NCBI RefSeq assembly: GCF_902459465.1
Contig: NC_047071.1
Location: forward strand, 9,176,001 to 9,240,000
DNA length: 64,000 nucleotides
From: Asterias rubens
Lineage: Eukaryota
Direction: 5' to 3'
Shown here: in pieces, positions 23,568 through 36,462 of the stretch
Numbering within the stretch: the first letter of the stretch is position 1
Layout: each line of letters opens with the position of its first letter
The notes under the pieces: model-generated
What the model was told of the DNA's origin: nothing
What the model saw: only the letters and a program-made list of their open reading frames with translations
Databases searched by the model: none
Translations under genes and position numbers: made by a program

Positions 23568-24574
23568 TTAAGTTCGACTTGGTAGAACTACTTTTTATAA
23601 AGTTTGGCTGTACTCCGACTCATTTGGGATGAGAGGGGCAACTACCCAACATGATGATATGGCATCTTATTCTTTTCTGCACAAGCGACAACTATAGAGA
23701 CTACGTTCACAAGGAGACGGTCGACTTTTACACACAGTCCTAGAATGTTTTGTTTTGCTGTTGATTTTAAAGGTAGTTTTTCAAAAAGTTGTCAAGACTA
23801 GGACTCCATAAACAACTATTGGCCGGCTGCCATAAGCAACCAGCCAATAAAGCTGTTCCTGAAAAATTAAAACGAATCCTACATAAGTGCAGTGATTTGT
23901 CCTAGTCGTACCAGCCTAATGTGAAGCATTTTCAAGCCAAGGGTTTAAAAAAAATGCCAGCCAAACAAAAAGTACATGAGTGTATAATCCAACCAAGTCG
24001 TTTGCCTAATGTTACCATTCTTAAATTTTGTTGAATAGTATTATAGAAAATGATGTGTTTCTTGCCTGACAGGAAAGTATCTGGAATGTACAATGCTACA
24101 TTTTTAGTAATATAAGCCTAAACCACTGTCTTTATAATCTGAAGCTAAACAGACAGAGTACTTCTAGGTGTGGCTTTGGTCAGTTGGTTGAACGTAACAG
24201 TTCTGACATAGGGTTATCGAGGTTAGAGGCAAGGAGATAGCAAACTAATCCCCCGGACGTGTGGTGTTGCATTTTCACCCCTGTCTTCTTAGCCTTCAAT
24301 ATGACCTTAAGTCGATGAGTTATTATGTTGTGACTGAGATAGTGACTCTTGTCATTGAGTCAATTACTAGTCGTCATGTCTGTTGGTCTTGACCCCTAAA
24401 ACAAGGTCATTCTTAGTCCGCATCTGTCATCGTGGAAACGGTCATCGTGAATCATAGAAATCTGTTTAATTCGTCATAGTCGTTGTGGTCACTAATCTTG
24501 ATTGGTCTTCAAAAGCTAGGTCATGATTGAATGACAAGAACTGAAGTGTCGACTGAAGATATCACTGACATCTA

Positions 24575-24960
24575 AAAATCACTGTACACCTTTGGTAATT
24601 GTCAACGAACTGTATTCTCACTTGGTGTATCCCATCATATGCCTTAAAACAACGAACCTGTGTACAACAAAATTTTGCTCAAAGTCATCGAATTTAAAAA
24701 AAAAAAAAAAAAAAAAAAGATGGAAGGAAAACCACCCTTTTTGGACAACTGTTTTTGCTTTCAGTTGCATATAATATAGGCCCAATGCAACAGCTGTGAA
24801 GTATTTCTTGAGTTGGACGGAAATTACATCTTTCTTAAATACTACCTAAAGAGGGATACGTTTCTCTTAATGTTGTATAACATCAAAAGCTTATCATTGC
24901 CTGTTACCAATTATTAAGTTAGTTAACAGTTAAAAACTAATAATAGTGTACAGCACTTTT
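24575..24960 (-). mobile_element. Old, divergent family A/B MITE
   Basis: tttggtaattgtc...ttctcacttggtgtat and other internal motifs are shared with family A; ends eroded. Confidence 0.6.
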
Positions 24961-25182
24961 AAAATTATTTGTGTCGCAACACGTGTAGTAATGGTCATAA
25001 CTATTGTGCATAGTATAATGATGATTACAAAATCTATAATAAAAAAATTATGTAAACCACATACATTTGTTAAGGGAAAGTTTCACCAGAATCAAAACAA
25101 TTTTTATTTTCTCGGACAATGTTTGGCAAAAAGCGTAATATTAGCACATCTAAGCATTAGTATCACTGATTCTCATCAGCTT

Positions 25183-25513
25183 GAAAACACTGGACTTTAT
25201 TGGTAAATTGTCAAAGACCATGTTTTTCTCACTGGGTGTATCTCAACATAATGCCCAAAATAACAAACCTGTGAAAGAGAGCTTAATATTTATCGTTGAA
25301 GTTGCGAGGAAAATAATGAAAGAAAAAACACCCTTGTCATACGAAGTTCACAAGGTCTCGAAATCAAATTCTTGGAAATTACATCTTTCTTTAAAACTAT
25401 GATAGAGCCGTTTCACAGTGTTTTATACTATCAACAGCTCACCATTACTCGTTACAAAGTAAGCTTTTCTGCTAACAATTATTTTGAGTAATTACCAATA
25501 GTGTCAACTGCCG
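25183..25513 (-). mobile_element. Kolobok-like MITE family A
   Basis: ttattggtaaattgtcaaagacc...ttaccaatagtgtcaactgcc. Confidence 0.75.
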
Positions 25514-25719
25514 TTAAACCGTCACTTCTTTTTACTTTGAGGCATGCGAGGTTATGGACCCCTTGATTTAATGAAACTGCCAGAATGTGGCCATCAAATA
25601 ATTTCACAAGAGGGCGGTTTACAAGTTAAACAAAGGCACATGGTCAATTGACCCCTTGCACTGACGTTTGCTTTTTTCGGGAGTCAAAGTGTTGAGATTG
25701 TACTAGTCTCAGTATGCAC

Positions 25720-26698
25720 GTTTTAGATTTGAAATATATATAAAAAAAATCGTCAAACTTTAGAGTATATGTTTTTTGACAATTTAATAATTTTTGTTTG
25801 TAACGATTTATATGTTAAAAAATAGATAAAGCTGCTTGGGGTGACTCCGCCTACTCCCTTTAAGACGTCAATCGAGGCAGACTTTGCCTCGATCGAACGT
25901 CGAACACACGTACGTGCAAGTACATGCAATTCCTAGTCGTGAGTTTGAACGTTTCGAAAAAAAAAAGTTTATTTCTTGCATTTTTCCGGCAATGTCGACC
26001 AGGGGTGTTGCTGCTGGAGGCAGCAAAACAACTAAAATTGGGTCAGTTTGCAAAGTGGTCCGGTCCGACGTCTTTTCCAGCGCTGTAAAGCAAACACTTC
26101 GAGGCGCCGTACTTCGAGAATCCGGAATACACCACACATTTTGACATGAAGAGAAAAGTTCTTTTCTAAAACTTGACGCCATCCCAACAATTTGTCAAGC
26201 GAGTGGGAAGTCGAAGAAGATACCTGAAAGACGTGAGGAACCCCAATGAGCATTTGCCTAACGTGAAAAAAATCGGGTATTGTTTCAACTTTGAGGGCAT
26301 GTTTTTAGCTTGCGCCAAGCGTCACCATAATTGCGATGGCACTCCAGCGATTCACCGTGCTGGGTAATCCGAGTTGATCGTCCATACAACAGCCGGACAT
26401 ACAGTGCGTGCAGTCTTCTCAATGACCGTAGTTCTGTACGTTGGCATCATACCGACATGTACCCAGACGTAGTGTACGGGGCCAGACTACACATTTTCTC
26501 TTCAAATATCGCGCCTCGATTGACGTCACGAACAGCGCCCTCTCGGTTCGGGCCTACTTTTAAATTTGCAAATGAAATGGAAACTGATTTTTTAGAATCT
26601 TAGGTTAACTGTTTATTCATAACATTCTACTCATGAAAACACATATTTTATTGACAAAAGCTTTATTTTGACAAAATACCACTTCCAGGTGATTTTAA
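25720..26698 (+). mobile_element. Kolobok-like deletion derivative (family C) carrying a THAP relic
   Basis: Right end ccacttccaggtgattttaa and subterminal regions match the 55486-56016 element; left end eroded. Confidence 0.75.
25992..26192 (+). pseudogene. Degenerate THAP zinc-finger domain of transposon origin
   Basis: MSTRGVAAGGSKTT (decayed CxxxxC; the sister copy reads MPTRCIAAEC), then across frameshifts KWSGPTSFPAL*SKHFEAPYFE and LKLDAIPTI. These are the THAP W..P..LCS.HF and AVPTI motifs. Confidence 0.75.
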
Positions 26699-27125
26699 GC
26701 CGTCAACCGCTCGTGAAATAGGTATACGCTTTTAAGCAATTATTTTTTGCTACGTGAAGCAAAAAAAGGGGGCCTGCAGTTAGGCAGCTCTATGAAATTG
26801 GACCCTGTTCTTCATCATTGTCCCAGCGATTGTTAAGTGGAACTATAGAATGTTGATGACTGCTTCATCAGTGGTTTTTAAGATGTTGCCCATAAGGTGG
26901 ACACACACGCAAGCTGTGTTCACATGGTTGTGACTGTGCACTTATTTGTTTAATTTCAAAACCACGAGAATCATTGTGAGAGTTGTTAAGAAAATGAATT
27001 CTTCGTATGCGGTTTCTTAGACATACCGTGTGTCATACATAATCAATAATTTAGCCGGAGACTTACACAGTTTCATAATTAGCAGCTTGGGTGATGGCCG
27101 AGGCTGAGGCCAGGTCACCGCATTA

Positions 27126-27530
27126 AAGGTACTATATAGACACTAGTGGTGATGATTACTCTAATTATTACTCTTTAATTCTTCGCTTTAAAATTTACTT
27201 GGTAACAAGCAATGGAGAGCTGTTGATAGTATATGGCAATGTGAGAAACGGCTCCCTCTGGAGTAACGTAGTTTTTTTCTCACTCAAACAACAAACGACT
27301 TTTGTATCAGCTGACGCCTTTTAATGTAAATCTGAAAGCACACAAAGTATAAATGCAACAAGGGTGTTTTTTTTTTTTTTTTTCGTTTTTTTTTTCTCGC
27401 AATTCTCTTACAAACTCGACGATCAATCGAGCCCAACTTTCCAGAGATTTGTTATTTTATGTATATGTTAGGATACACCAACACGCAAGAATACTGGTCT
27501 TTGACAATAATCAACAATTTCCATTGCCTT
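27126..27530 (+). mobile_element. Divergent family A MITE
   Basis: ttaaaggtacta...gtgagaaacggctccctctg...ggtctttgacaat...gcctttaa. Confidence 0.65.
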
Positions 27531-29230
27531 TAAACACACCGTGTGTCATACAACTATTTCATACTTCTAATTAGCAGTTGCGGTTAGGGCCAAGGCTACG
27601 CAATATCACCACGTTAAGATGCGTTGAAATACTAGGATGTACTTTTAGTAACAATCCTTAGCAACGGCCGCAGCCACAGTCAAACACAGCCAATGTCGGG
27701 TCTCCGATCAGGCTGTCTTAATCGGGTCAGAGGTCAGAGCAGTTGCCGGTGTAAAATCAAACGTCCTTGCCGTTTTGACGTGAATGAGGTTGTTATTAAT
27801 TTCCCCGAGCCTGGGGATGATTTATAATCCCGATGATGAAGATTGACAGATTGGACGGTAGTGCTTTGAAAAGAAACTTGTAATTAAGTTATAACGATTC
27901 TTAGAATTATCTGTAATTGCAGTTTTGGATCATTATACCCTTTCTTTTCCTCCTGCAGTGGAGTAAAATAGGCTGGGCAGAAGTGTCAACTTAATACTGA
28001 CCATCAATCACAGCAGTTATTATTGGTGTTGATCGATCTTAACTTGGTAAGCTGCTGCCGCTGATATTGCCCTACAGCTGTCGATGCTGAAACTGGTAAT
28101 GTTGCTGTTGTGGTTTGTTGTTGTTGTTGTTGTTAAACAGTATGGTTGTTTTTGTTACATTTTTGTATCTTATAAGGATTCCCTAAAACTATTATTGCGT
28201 CATTCAAATACTAAACAAATTTTGGGAGCTCTTGTACTACTATTATTGGTTTATAAAAAAATGCAAACATCGCGGCCCAAAACCCAAATTGCGGATGCAT
28301 ATACACAAACAGTATACAATTGTTATTATTATAAAGATATTAATGTAAAAAAAAAAAAAAATTCTGTTAAACAGACACATTTTACACAAGGGAGCAGGTA
28401 TAAAAGAAAATACCAAAAAGGCACTAACAAAAATATTAAAAAAAGGAAGAAAGAGAGAAACTGAGGAATTTAAAACTGTAACCAATCTTAAGGCAGGAGA
28501 GGTACAGCCCACCCCCCCCCAAAAAAAAAAGGTTTTGTTTCACTTTGCATTTTACCACGAGCCACACCCCACCCCTCCCCATAGGCCGACAGGAAGGGGG
28601 GTTCTGATTGTGTTTTGTTATGTTTCTCCCATACTAAGCCAATCAACAGCTTGAAAATACATTGAAATAAAATTGCCCCCCCCCCCCTCCTTATTTGCTG
28701 CGTATAGTTCTCGCCAGTGCGGCTGGTGTATGCCTGACCTAGACATTTAGTGACGTTGTTATTTTACGCTCGATTAGCGCTGGTGTCTTAATGATTAATG
28801 CAATTCAATTCAATACACCGGCAGAGGCTGTAAGGGGGAAAATGATTGATGGATTTATAACAAAACGAGAGTACTGCAGAAAATGGTTGAAGTATTTGTG
28901 ATAATTGCGTCTCAGTGTTCAAAAGAAATACATATATTTACCTGATCTTAACTGAACTACAGCTGGAAAATTCAAAAATGCAAAAGGAAACATCTTGATA
29001 ATGCTTTGTGAAGAGCAAATACAGCATAAGATGAAACTGTATGAAAGCAATGCTGTTACAGATATATGGGGGATGGTGTTGGGTCAACTTCACTTCTATG
29101 TTTGGTGCTACATTAAGGTCAGGCTACATTTAGGGCTCAGGCTACATTTAGGTGCCGCACACCCGTGTAATAGCTCGAGTTTGAAAAGCAGAGTTTCGTC
29201 TGTCGGACAACAACCTACATTGATATGTAA

Positions 29231-29616
29231 AGGAACACGTTGCCTTGGATTTGTCGAGTTGGTCTTTGAAAAGCATATGTAACCGTTTGTTATAAAATGC
29301 ATAATTATGGGTAGAAAGATCTTGTAAAAGTAGAATATAATGATCCACACAAACATGCCTCGAAAATGCACGGTTTTCCTTTTACCTCGTCGACTAATAC
29401 GGTCGGCCATTTATGGGAGTCAAATTTTTGACTCCCATAAATGGCCGACCGTGTTAGTAAGCACAGTAAAAAGAAAACCACGCAATTTCGAGGCAAATTT
29501 GTGTGGATAATTGTATTCTATTTTTAAAACATCTTTCCAACCATATGCATTTTACAAAACACGGTTACAAACGCTTTTTATTGACCAACTCGTCTGATCC
29601 AAGGCAACGTGTTCCT
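29231..29616. mobile_element. Kolobok-like palindromic MITE family F (TIR AGGAACACGTTGCCTTGGAT)
   Basis: Long fold-back centred on atttatgggagtcaaatttttgactcccataaat; TTAA on the right; second copy at 47191. Confidence 0.85.
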
Positions 29617-31211
29617 TTAATGTGGTCAAGGCCAGCATCCAATCTCAAAAACCTAGTGTGGGTTCGACAATGCGTCTTAACGTCTATGGTAAAGGAACAT
29701 ACACGATCATTGTACAGAGCGTTTATTTGTAAAACTTTTCATAACAAAGTCTACGTCACATAAATGTTAAAATTTACAGAGAATAATATATATTGTGCAA
29801 GACAGTAATGTGAAGTAGTTGAAGCCTTTCTGGGGATCGGATTCAATTATGACGGAAACATGACTTGACTCACTGCCAACAAAGTTAACTGGGGTAAAGT
29901 GACGTGCAGAAGTCGATATCAACGGAGAGAAAGTCAAGAACATAATGTGTTTAATCTAAAGATCTACCGCAGGAGCAACCTCCAAGGAATTTGAAGTACC
30001 TTATGATGGGTGATGAAGCATGAGTAATTGGTTTTGGGTTGATGTAACAATACGCATGAACTGTGGGGTGGGGCGTGGTCCTGAAGAAAGAGAAATAAAG
30101 CAGTGGTGGTGGATGAGAAGGGGCATGTTGGTGGTCGATGGGTTGATGGTGGTGATGGGGAGTGTGCTAATGATTGGGAGTTTTTTTGTTTATGATGATG
30201 GTGATTTTGGCGGGGGGGGGGGGCTGAGGATGATGGTGTTGATGGTTGATGTTGATGATGGCCATTGTTTTTCGGGTGGAGATTCAACAGTTACATGTTG
30301 TGGCGAAAGCGGTTGCGGCAGTGGAAGTTATAACAAGCGCAATTAATTATATTGGCTGTGAAGGTTTTGGTTGGTTATCATGTTTGTGGTGGTTACGTTT
30401 GTGAGAATTGGCGGCATTTAGGTTTTCACAGTTGCTGTTGGGATTGTGGTATCTGGAGCAAAATGGCGTCACTGGATGTAGCTAAGCAGATGCAGGTCCC
30501 TTGTGGTAGGGAGATGAACCATCAACGCATGTTGAGTGGTGATATTTGCTGTGCTAGTGACTGTGGAAATGTCTGCTGATGATGCTAAAAAAGGGTGGTT
30601 GTGGTGTTACCACTGGTTGTCCTATGGTGCCGAGTCCCGTCACATTAATGCCATTGCCCTTCTTGGTGGTGGTGCTGATAGTGTTCATGGATGTTGTGTT
30701 GGTGTTGGTAGCGGCAATGTTGCTTGATTTAGTTGGTTGATTGCGGTGGAATTGCTGGTCGTACAGGTAGGCACATGTGTTGACGAGTCTCAGAGTTGAG
30801 GTACTGATACCAATGCCGATGGTAGTCACTGTTTTTTTGTGTAGGAGTTGAATGTGTTTAGTTATGTGTTGATAGAAGTGTTGTTGACGATGAGACCAGT
30901 GGTTTCCCTCTGTGTTGATAGCGATGATTTTGATGGTGTTTGGTTGGTTGATGGTGTTGATAGCGGTGGTGTTGGTGGTTTTTAAGGGAGTTGTGTTGAT
31001 GGTGTTGAGTACAGAAGTTGTGATGATCGATGCTAATACCGGTGGTTGCACTCTGTGTGGTGATAACAAGAGTGCTATGTTGAATGGTCGATTGGTTGAT
31101 AGAGATGGTGTTTTTGGTGCTCCAGTGGTTGTGCTGACGGTGTTTTAAAACGCTGGTGTTTACTGTTGGCTGTCCTGATCAAGAGGCTTTGCTGGTGATC
31201 AAAATTATATT

Positions 31212-32115
31212 GGTGTTGATCATGAGCCTCTTGGTGTTGATCATGAGGCTCTTGGTGTTTATCACTAGGCTCTTGGTGTTGATCATGAGCCTCTTGGTGT
31301 TGATCATGAGGCTCTTGTTGTTGATCACGAGGCTCATGGTGTAGATTACGAGGCTGTTGGTGTTGATCACGAGGCTGACAGTGTTGATCACCATGCTCTT
31401 GGTGTTGATCATGTGGCTCTTGGTGTTGATCACCACGCTCTTGGTGTTGATCACGAGGCTCTTGGTGTTGATCACGAGGCTCTTGGTGTTGATCACCATG
31501 CTCTTGGTGTTGTTCAAGAGGCTGACGAGGCTAATGGTGTTGACCATCGGGGTCTAAGTGCTGATCATAAAGCTCTTGGTGTTGGTCACGAGGCTCTTGG
31601 TGTTGGTCACGAGGCTCTTGGTGTTGGTCACGAGGCTCTTGGTTTTAACAACGAGGCTCTTGGTTTTAAAAACGAGGCTCTTGTTGTTAATCATGAGGCT
31701 CATGGTGTTGATCATGGGGCTATTGGTGTTGATCACCATGCTCTTGGTGTTGATCACCATGCTTTTGGTGTTGATCACAAGACTCTTGGTGATGATCACG
31801 AGGCCCTTGGTGTCGATCATGAGGCTCTTGGTGTTGATTATAGGACTCTTGGTGTTGATCACGAGGCTTTGGTGTTGATCGTGAGGCTTTTGGGCTTGAT
31901 CACTAGGCTCTTGGTGTTAATCACGGGAGGCTCTTAGTGTTGATCATAAAGCTCTTGGTGTTAATCACGAGGCTCTTGGTGTTGATCATAATTCCTCCTG
32001 GTGTTGATCATGAGGCAATTTTTGTTGATCATGAGGCTCTTGGTGTTGATAACGAGGCTAGTTTTGTTAAACGGGAGGTTCCTGTATTTTATTATGAAGC
32101 TGTTGGTGTTGATGT
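31212..32115. repeat. Degenerate 21-nt minisatellite (about 40 units), consensus GGTGTTGATCACGAGGCTCTT
   Basis: Directly visible tandem units with point variants and small indels. Reads GVDHEAL or LVLITRL on + and KSLVINT on -. Confidence 0.9.
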
Positions 32116-33150
32116 TTAGTGATTGGTAGTGGAGACTATGTGTGTTGTTCACGAGGCTCTCGGTGTTGACAATGAGGTTCCCAGTTTTGATCATGAGGTT
32201 GTTTATGTTGAACAAGAGGGCTCTTGGTGTTGACATTTGTGTAAATGGTTGAGCTCATTGTGTTGGTACAAAGTGACTCTTCATACTATGTTTAGAAAAT
32301 GTTGTTATGTTTGCTTTAAGAGTTTGTTTAAAAAAAAAAAGGGACCAGTAAGGTGTTAGCAAAGTTCGTGAAACTACATGGGTTTTTTGCGCCAAAAACG
32401 GGATGAGAAAGTACCTGTCTTTTTCATTTGTTTCTTAAAAAATGTATCCTGCAGATTCCGAACAAAATAGCAGGATTGTACTTTTTATCAGTATACGCAG
32501 GAAGTTTGGCACGATGGAAATGATTGACCTTCTGACACTCTCTCGATACGAAGCCAAGTTCGATGTTATTATCGGGAAGACGGCCAAAATAAAATCCAGA
32601 ATTGTCGCCAGACACTTCAAATTGGTCTATTATGCTGATTTGTTTCCCAAAGACCTGCGCACAAACTTCAAGGCTAACTCAGGTTTTATTGTTCCATGAA
32701 AAAATATATCTTTTTTTTTCTAGGCATTTCATACTGTAATGGTTCATGTAATACATAATTTAAAACATAAAGTTATTTAAAATTATTGTACAGGGACACA
32801 AATGTTTCCCAAGGTCACTTTGACTTACAAAACTCAAGAGTTGTGACCCAGTTTCCCTTTGAAAATGACATCGATGAAGAAGACATGTAAACGAAAACTA
32901 GAAATAAATAACCTAACAATCATGAACTTGTGGGCTACGAAAATCTAGCGGTATCGTACATTTCCCCTGAGTTGTGACCTCATGGTTTTTTTTTTCGTTG
33001 TTATCCAACTAGAGTCAAGAAGCTGACAAGTTCGTTTTATGACGACCCTGGGCGCGCTAGCCAAATAGTACATCCCGAATGTCTAGGGAGGTATGACGTC
33101 CCGAGTAAAATAAAACCCCTTGGCTGCATTAACTGTATCCAGCCCTCACT

Positions 33151-33180
33151 TATAAACCTACTCTCATCTATATCAGTTTA
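33151..33180 (+). promoter_or_regulatory. Probable core promoter of g5 (TATA box plus Inr-like tcagtt)
   Basis: TATAAA at 33151-33156, tcagtt about 22 nt downstream, ATG 120 nt downstream. Confidence 0.55.
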
Positions 33181-33270
33181 AACGGTGTGCTGGTGAAGAG
33201 TATCACACAACTGCAACTTCGAGAATTCTCTCTCATTTTTCTTCCTGGACTTGCATAAGATTGACTGAAA

Positions 33271-36200
33271 ATGAGACTAATGTTGTGCTGCATCCTGTCT
33301 TTGGGTATGTACAACTTTTTGCTTGAGCTATTGTGCAGCGCGTTTGCGGTGGAAGAACCGGTTTTGGTGGATGACGTTTTGTGGTTGAGGTGCATTAAAA
33401 ATCGCCAACACCCCCTGCAAAACCAATGTCACTTAGACCATACAAACAATCAGTATTCTACCTTTCTGGTCAAGTTTTCGTGCAATTGAGACAGTCACTT
33501 GGCAATGCAAACAGGTTATGTTTGATCAGCTCATGCATTTTTGTTGCATCTTGTAAGTGCAATAATAAAGGCTGACTTATGCGTTTAATGCTCTCAGGGC
33601 GATGTTTATAAAGCTACACTTTCAGCTATGTTGCTGGAGATATATCGTTACAGCTAACAAATAAGAGAAACGTTACTGCATGTTAACTTATTTCCTTTGC
33701 CCGAGTATGCTAGAAGCGCAGGTGTCTGGGTGCTCACTGTAATTGATGCACTTCCACATGCTTTGAACTGTCAATGTTAAACATGACTTATTGCTGCCTC
33801 GCTTTTATTTTTAAACTAGAATTAAATTGAGAATGTTTTAATTTGCGAAGTGTGGTTATGACAAACCATTGCACAATGTTAAAGGCACTGGATACTATTG
33901 GTAAGTACTCAAAATAATTATTAGCATAGAACCTTACTTGGTAACGAGTAATGGGAAGAGAATGATAGTAAAAAACATTGAGAGAAAGGGCTCCCTCTGA
34001 AGTGACATAGTTTTTGAGAAAGAAGTAATTTTCCACGAATTTGATTTCGAGACCTCAGATTTACAACTTGAGGTTTCGAAATCAAGCATCTGGAAGCACA
34101 CAACTTTGTGTGTCAAGGGTGTGTTTTTCTTTCATAGCTCGCAAGTTCGACTACCAATTGAGTTGAAATTTTCACAGGTTGGTTAGTTTATGCATATGTT
34201 GAGATACACCAAGTGAGAAGACCTGTCTTTGACAATCACCAATAGTGTCCAGTGTCTTTAATACGTCACGGTCGCTTTTTTAACGTTCTGATTCGGTACG
34301 AATGACATTTCGCAAGGCACTTGACACCTTCGGTAATAATTGTCAAATACTGATAATTCTCAGTGTGATTATGCCAACATACTCATACAATAAACAAATC
34401 TGTGAACATTTGAACTCAAATGGTCATTATGAAAGAACAAACACTCGTATCACTCCTGTGCTGCCAAATGTCCACTGAAGACTTTATACCTAAAGTTTGA
34501 TGTACTATGATAGAGACAAATATCTTCTTACCAAAAAACATAAGAGGGAGCTGTTTCTCACAATTTTGCATACTATCAACAGTTCTCTTCATACTCATAA
34601 CCATATCAAATGTCAAGCTAACCATTATTTAAGTGTTACCAACAGTGTCCAGTGCCTTCAAAGTGCCAATAATGTTAACAATCATTTTCGCAAAATTAAT
34701 ATTTTGTACTTTTGAAAGATAGCTATACATTTATTTTGGGGATTTACTTGTCACCACGTGCTCGGCCCCCGGGCTCTAGGATGTGCAAGTAACTATAAGC
34801 AAACTTTTAAAAACCCAAGTGGGCTTACCGAGATAAACTTGAAATAAACCGTTTAAAGGTCATGACTCCATCGACAAGTTTATTGATAGTCATTATGTCA
34901 TGGACAATAAAAGCTAATGGTTTCACAAGCTCAAACACGTTTTTTAATAAAGATGGAACATAACATGTTTTTTCTTGGCTATTTTGGGCTTCCTGTTGTG
35001 AACAATTTTGTTAAATATTACATTTAACTTTTACGGTGCGTTTTAATTTTAACTTAATTATCAGCCTATAGTTAACCGTAGGAGAAGATTGCCACATTTA
35101 TTTTCTTTTTTAAGAATGCTATGTTAATCTGAGGCTTTCCAAGCTTCCTTTTGATGGCAGACATTTTCCTGCCTGCCTTTGCAATTAGCTTCCTTTACCA
35201 CGAGGCAAAAGCAGGTGCTAGCTTGTTTAAAGAGTGTCTCCTTATTAAAACTAATTTATCTGCGCATAATACCTTGGTTTCCGAGCTAATGTTTCATTTT
35301 AATCACTTTCCTCAACAGGCTGACCCAAATAGGGTCAGACCACAGGACACAGAACCTGGATCAATAATGACCAAGGTTTTGTACTGACGGTGTGATTTTG
35401 TTCGGTTGTGATTTTGTTTTTTTCTCAGGTAGTATTTATTATACCTTATTTGCAAACATTGCATCCAGTAAAACCATGGCATTTAGTGTGCTTTCAATTT
35501 TGAGAAAAATACATTTTTGTTTATACCACATAAATATCGACCTTCATCTTTTTTATAATTGGTCGGTGTTGCCGGCATCATGCTCAGTGTACCAGACGAC
35601 TAGACAAACAGAACAAAATCCCTTTGTTTGTTTTATCCACCATCTTTGCACCGTGATCGTTGAACACAAAATGTTAACAGGACCTTGTCACAGTGTAGTA
35701 CACTCTACAACATTACCCCCAAAATCCTCTAGTTTACAAAACAATAGAAAATGCAAATCGTGTATAATTACATTAAACGTAACATGTACAGATGGATTGA
35801 AAGAATGGTTCTAACTGTTTACATCTCCCTGTTTGAAATTCTTAGTTGTCATGGCAACAGGCTTCCCGCAAGGGACGATGGACAACTTCCAAGACCCTCT
35901 GAATATTGACACCCCAGACGACCAGGATGACGGACAAGGTGCCAACGTCAACCCCCAGGGCAACCCTCAAGCTGGAAGCTCGTACTTCGTCCCCACTGAG
36001 GCAGATAGCGCAAGCAGCTCCAGTAGCGAGGAGGAAGGGAGCGACACAGACATGGGCTCTAGCGTGCCTGTCGGTAGCGTCCCCTCCGGTACGGCAGGCG
36101 CAGGCGGAAGTCCGGTCGTCGGTGCTGGTGCGGCGGGTAACGAAGCAGCCGGTGCAGGGGTACAGGGAGGCGGTGCGCAGGGTGGAGGGCAAGGGGGCGG

Positions 36201-36462
36201 TAACGCCGGATCCACCGACCAGAACAGCGGTGAGCAGAAGCCAGGAGGCTCGCTGCAAGACGACCCATCCTTCCTCTCCAAAATCCAGGCACGACCTAAT
36301 GGCAATACCCAGCTGCACACGGGAAGTGCTGGGCAATCTGTGGGCATTGCCATCGGAGTGCTCGCCCTGGTGTCCGTGTCGACCGTCGGTATCATCTTCG
36401 CTATCCGAAAGAAGAGAGACGGGTTTATGAGGTTCTACACCCAGGCTAGCAGTGAGCTATAG
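33271..36462 (+). CDS. g5, exons 33271-33304 and 35846-36462: 216-aa type-I membrane protein with acidic Ser-rich and Gly/Ala-rich ectodomain
   Basis: TATAAA at 33151. TTG G|gtatgt donor and ttcttag|TT acceptor give MRLMLCCILSLVVMATG-FP (a second phase-1 acceptor, caacag at 35860, is possible). TM VGIAIGVLALVSVSTVGIIFAI, tail RKKRDGFMRFYTQASSEL. Confidence 0.85.
33883..34257 (+). mobile_element. Kolobok-like MITE family A, in the g5 intron
   Basis: TTAA on both sides and intact TIRs. Confidence 0.9.
34315..34660 (-). mobile_element. Old family A-like MITE, in the g5 intron
   Basis: aaggcacttgacaccttcggtaat...ttaccaacagtgtccagtgcctt. Confidence 0.55.
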
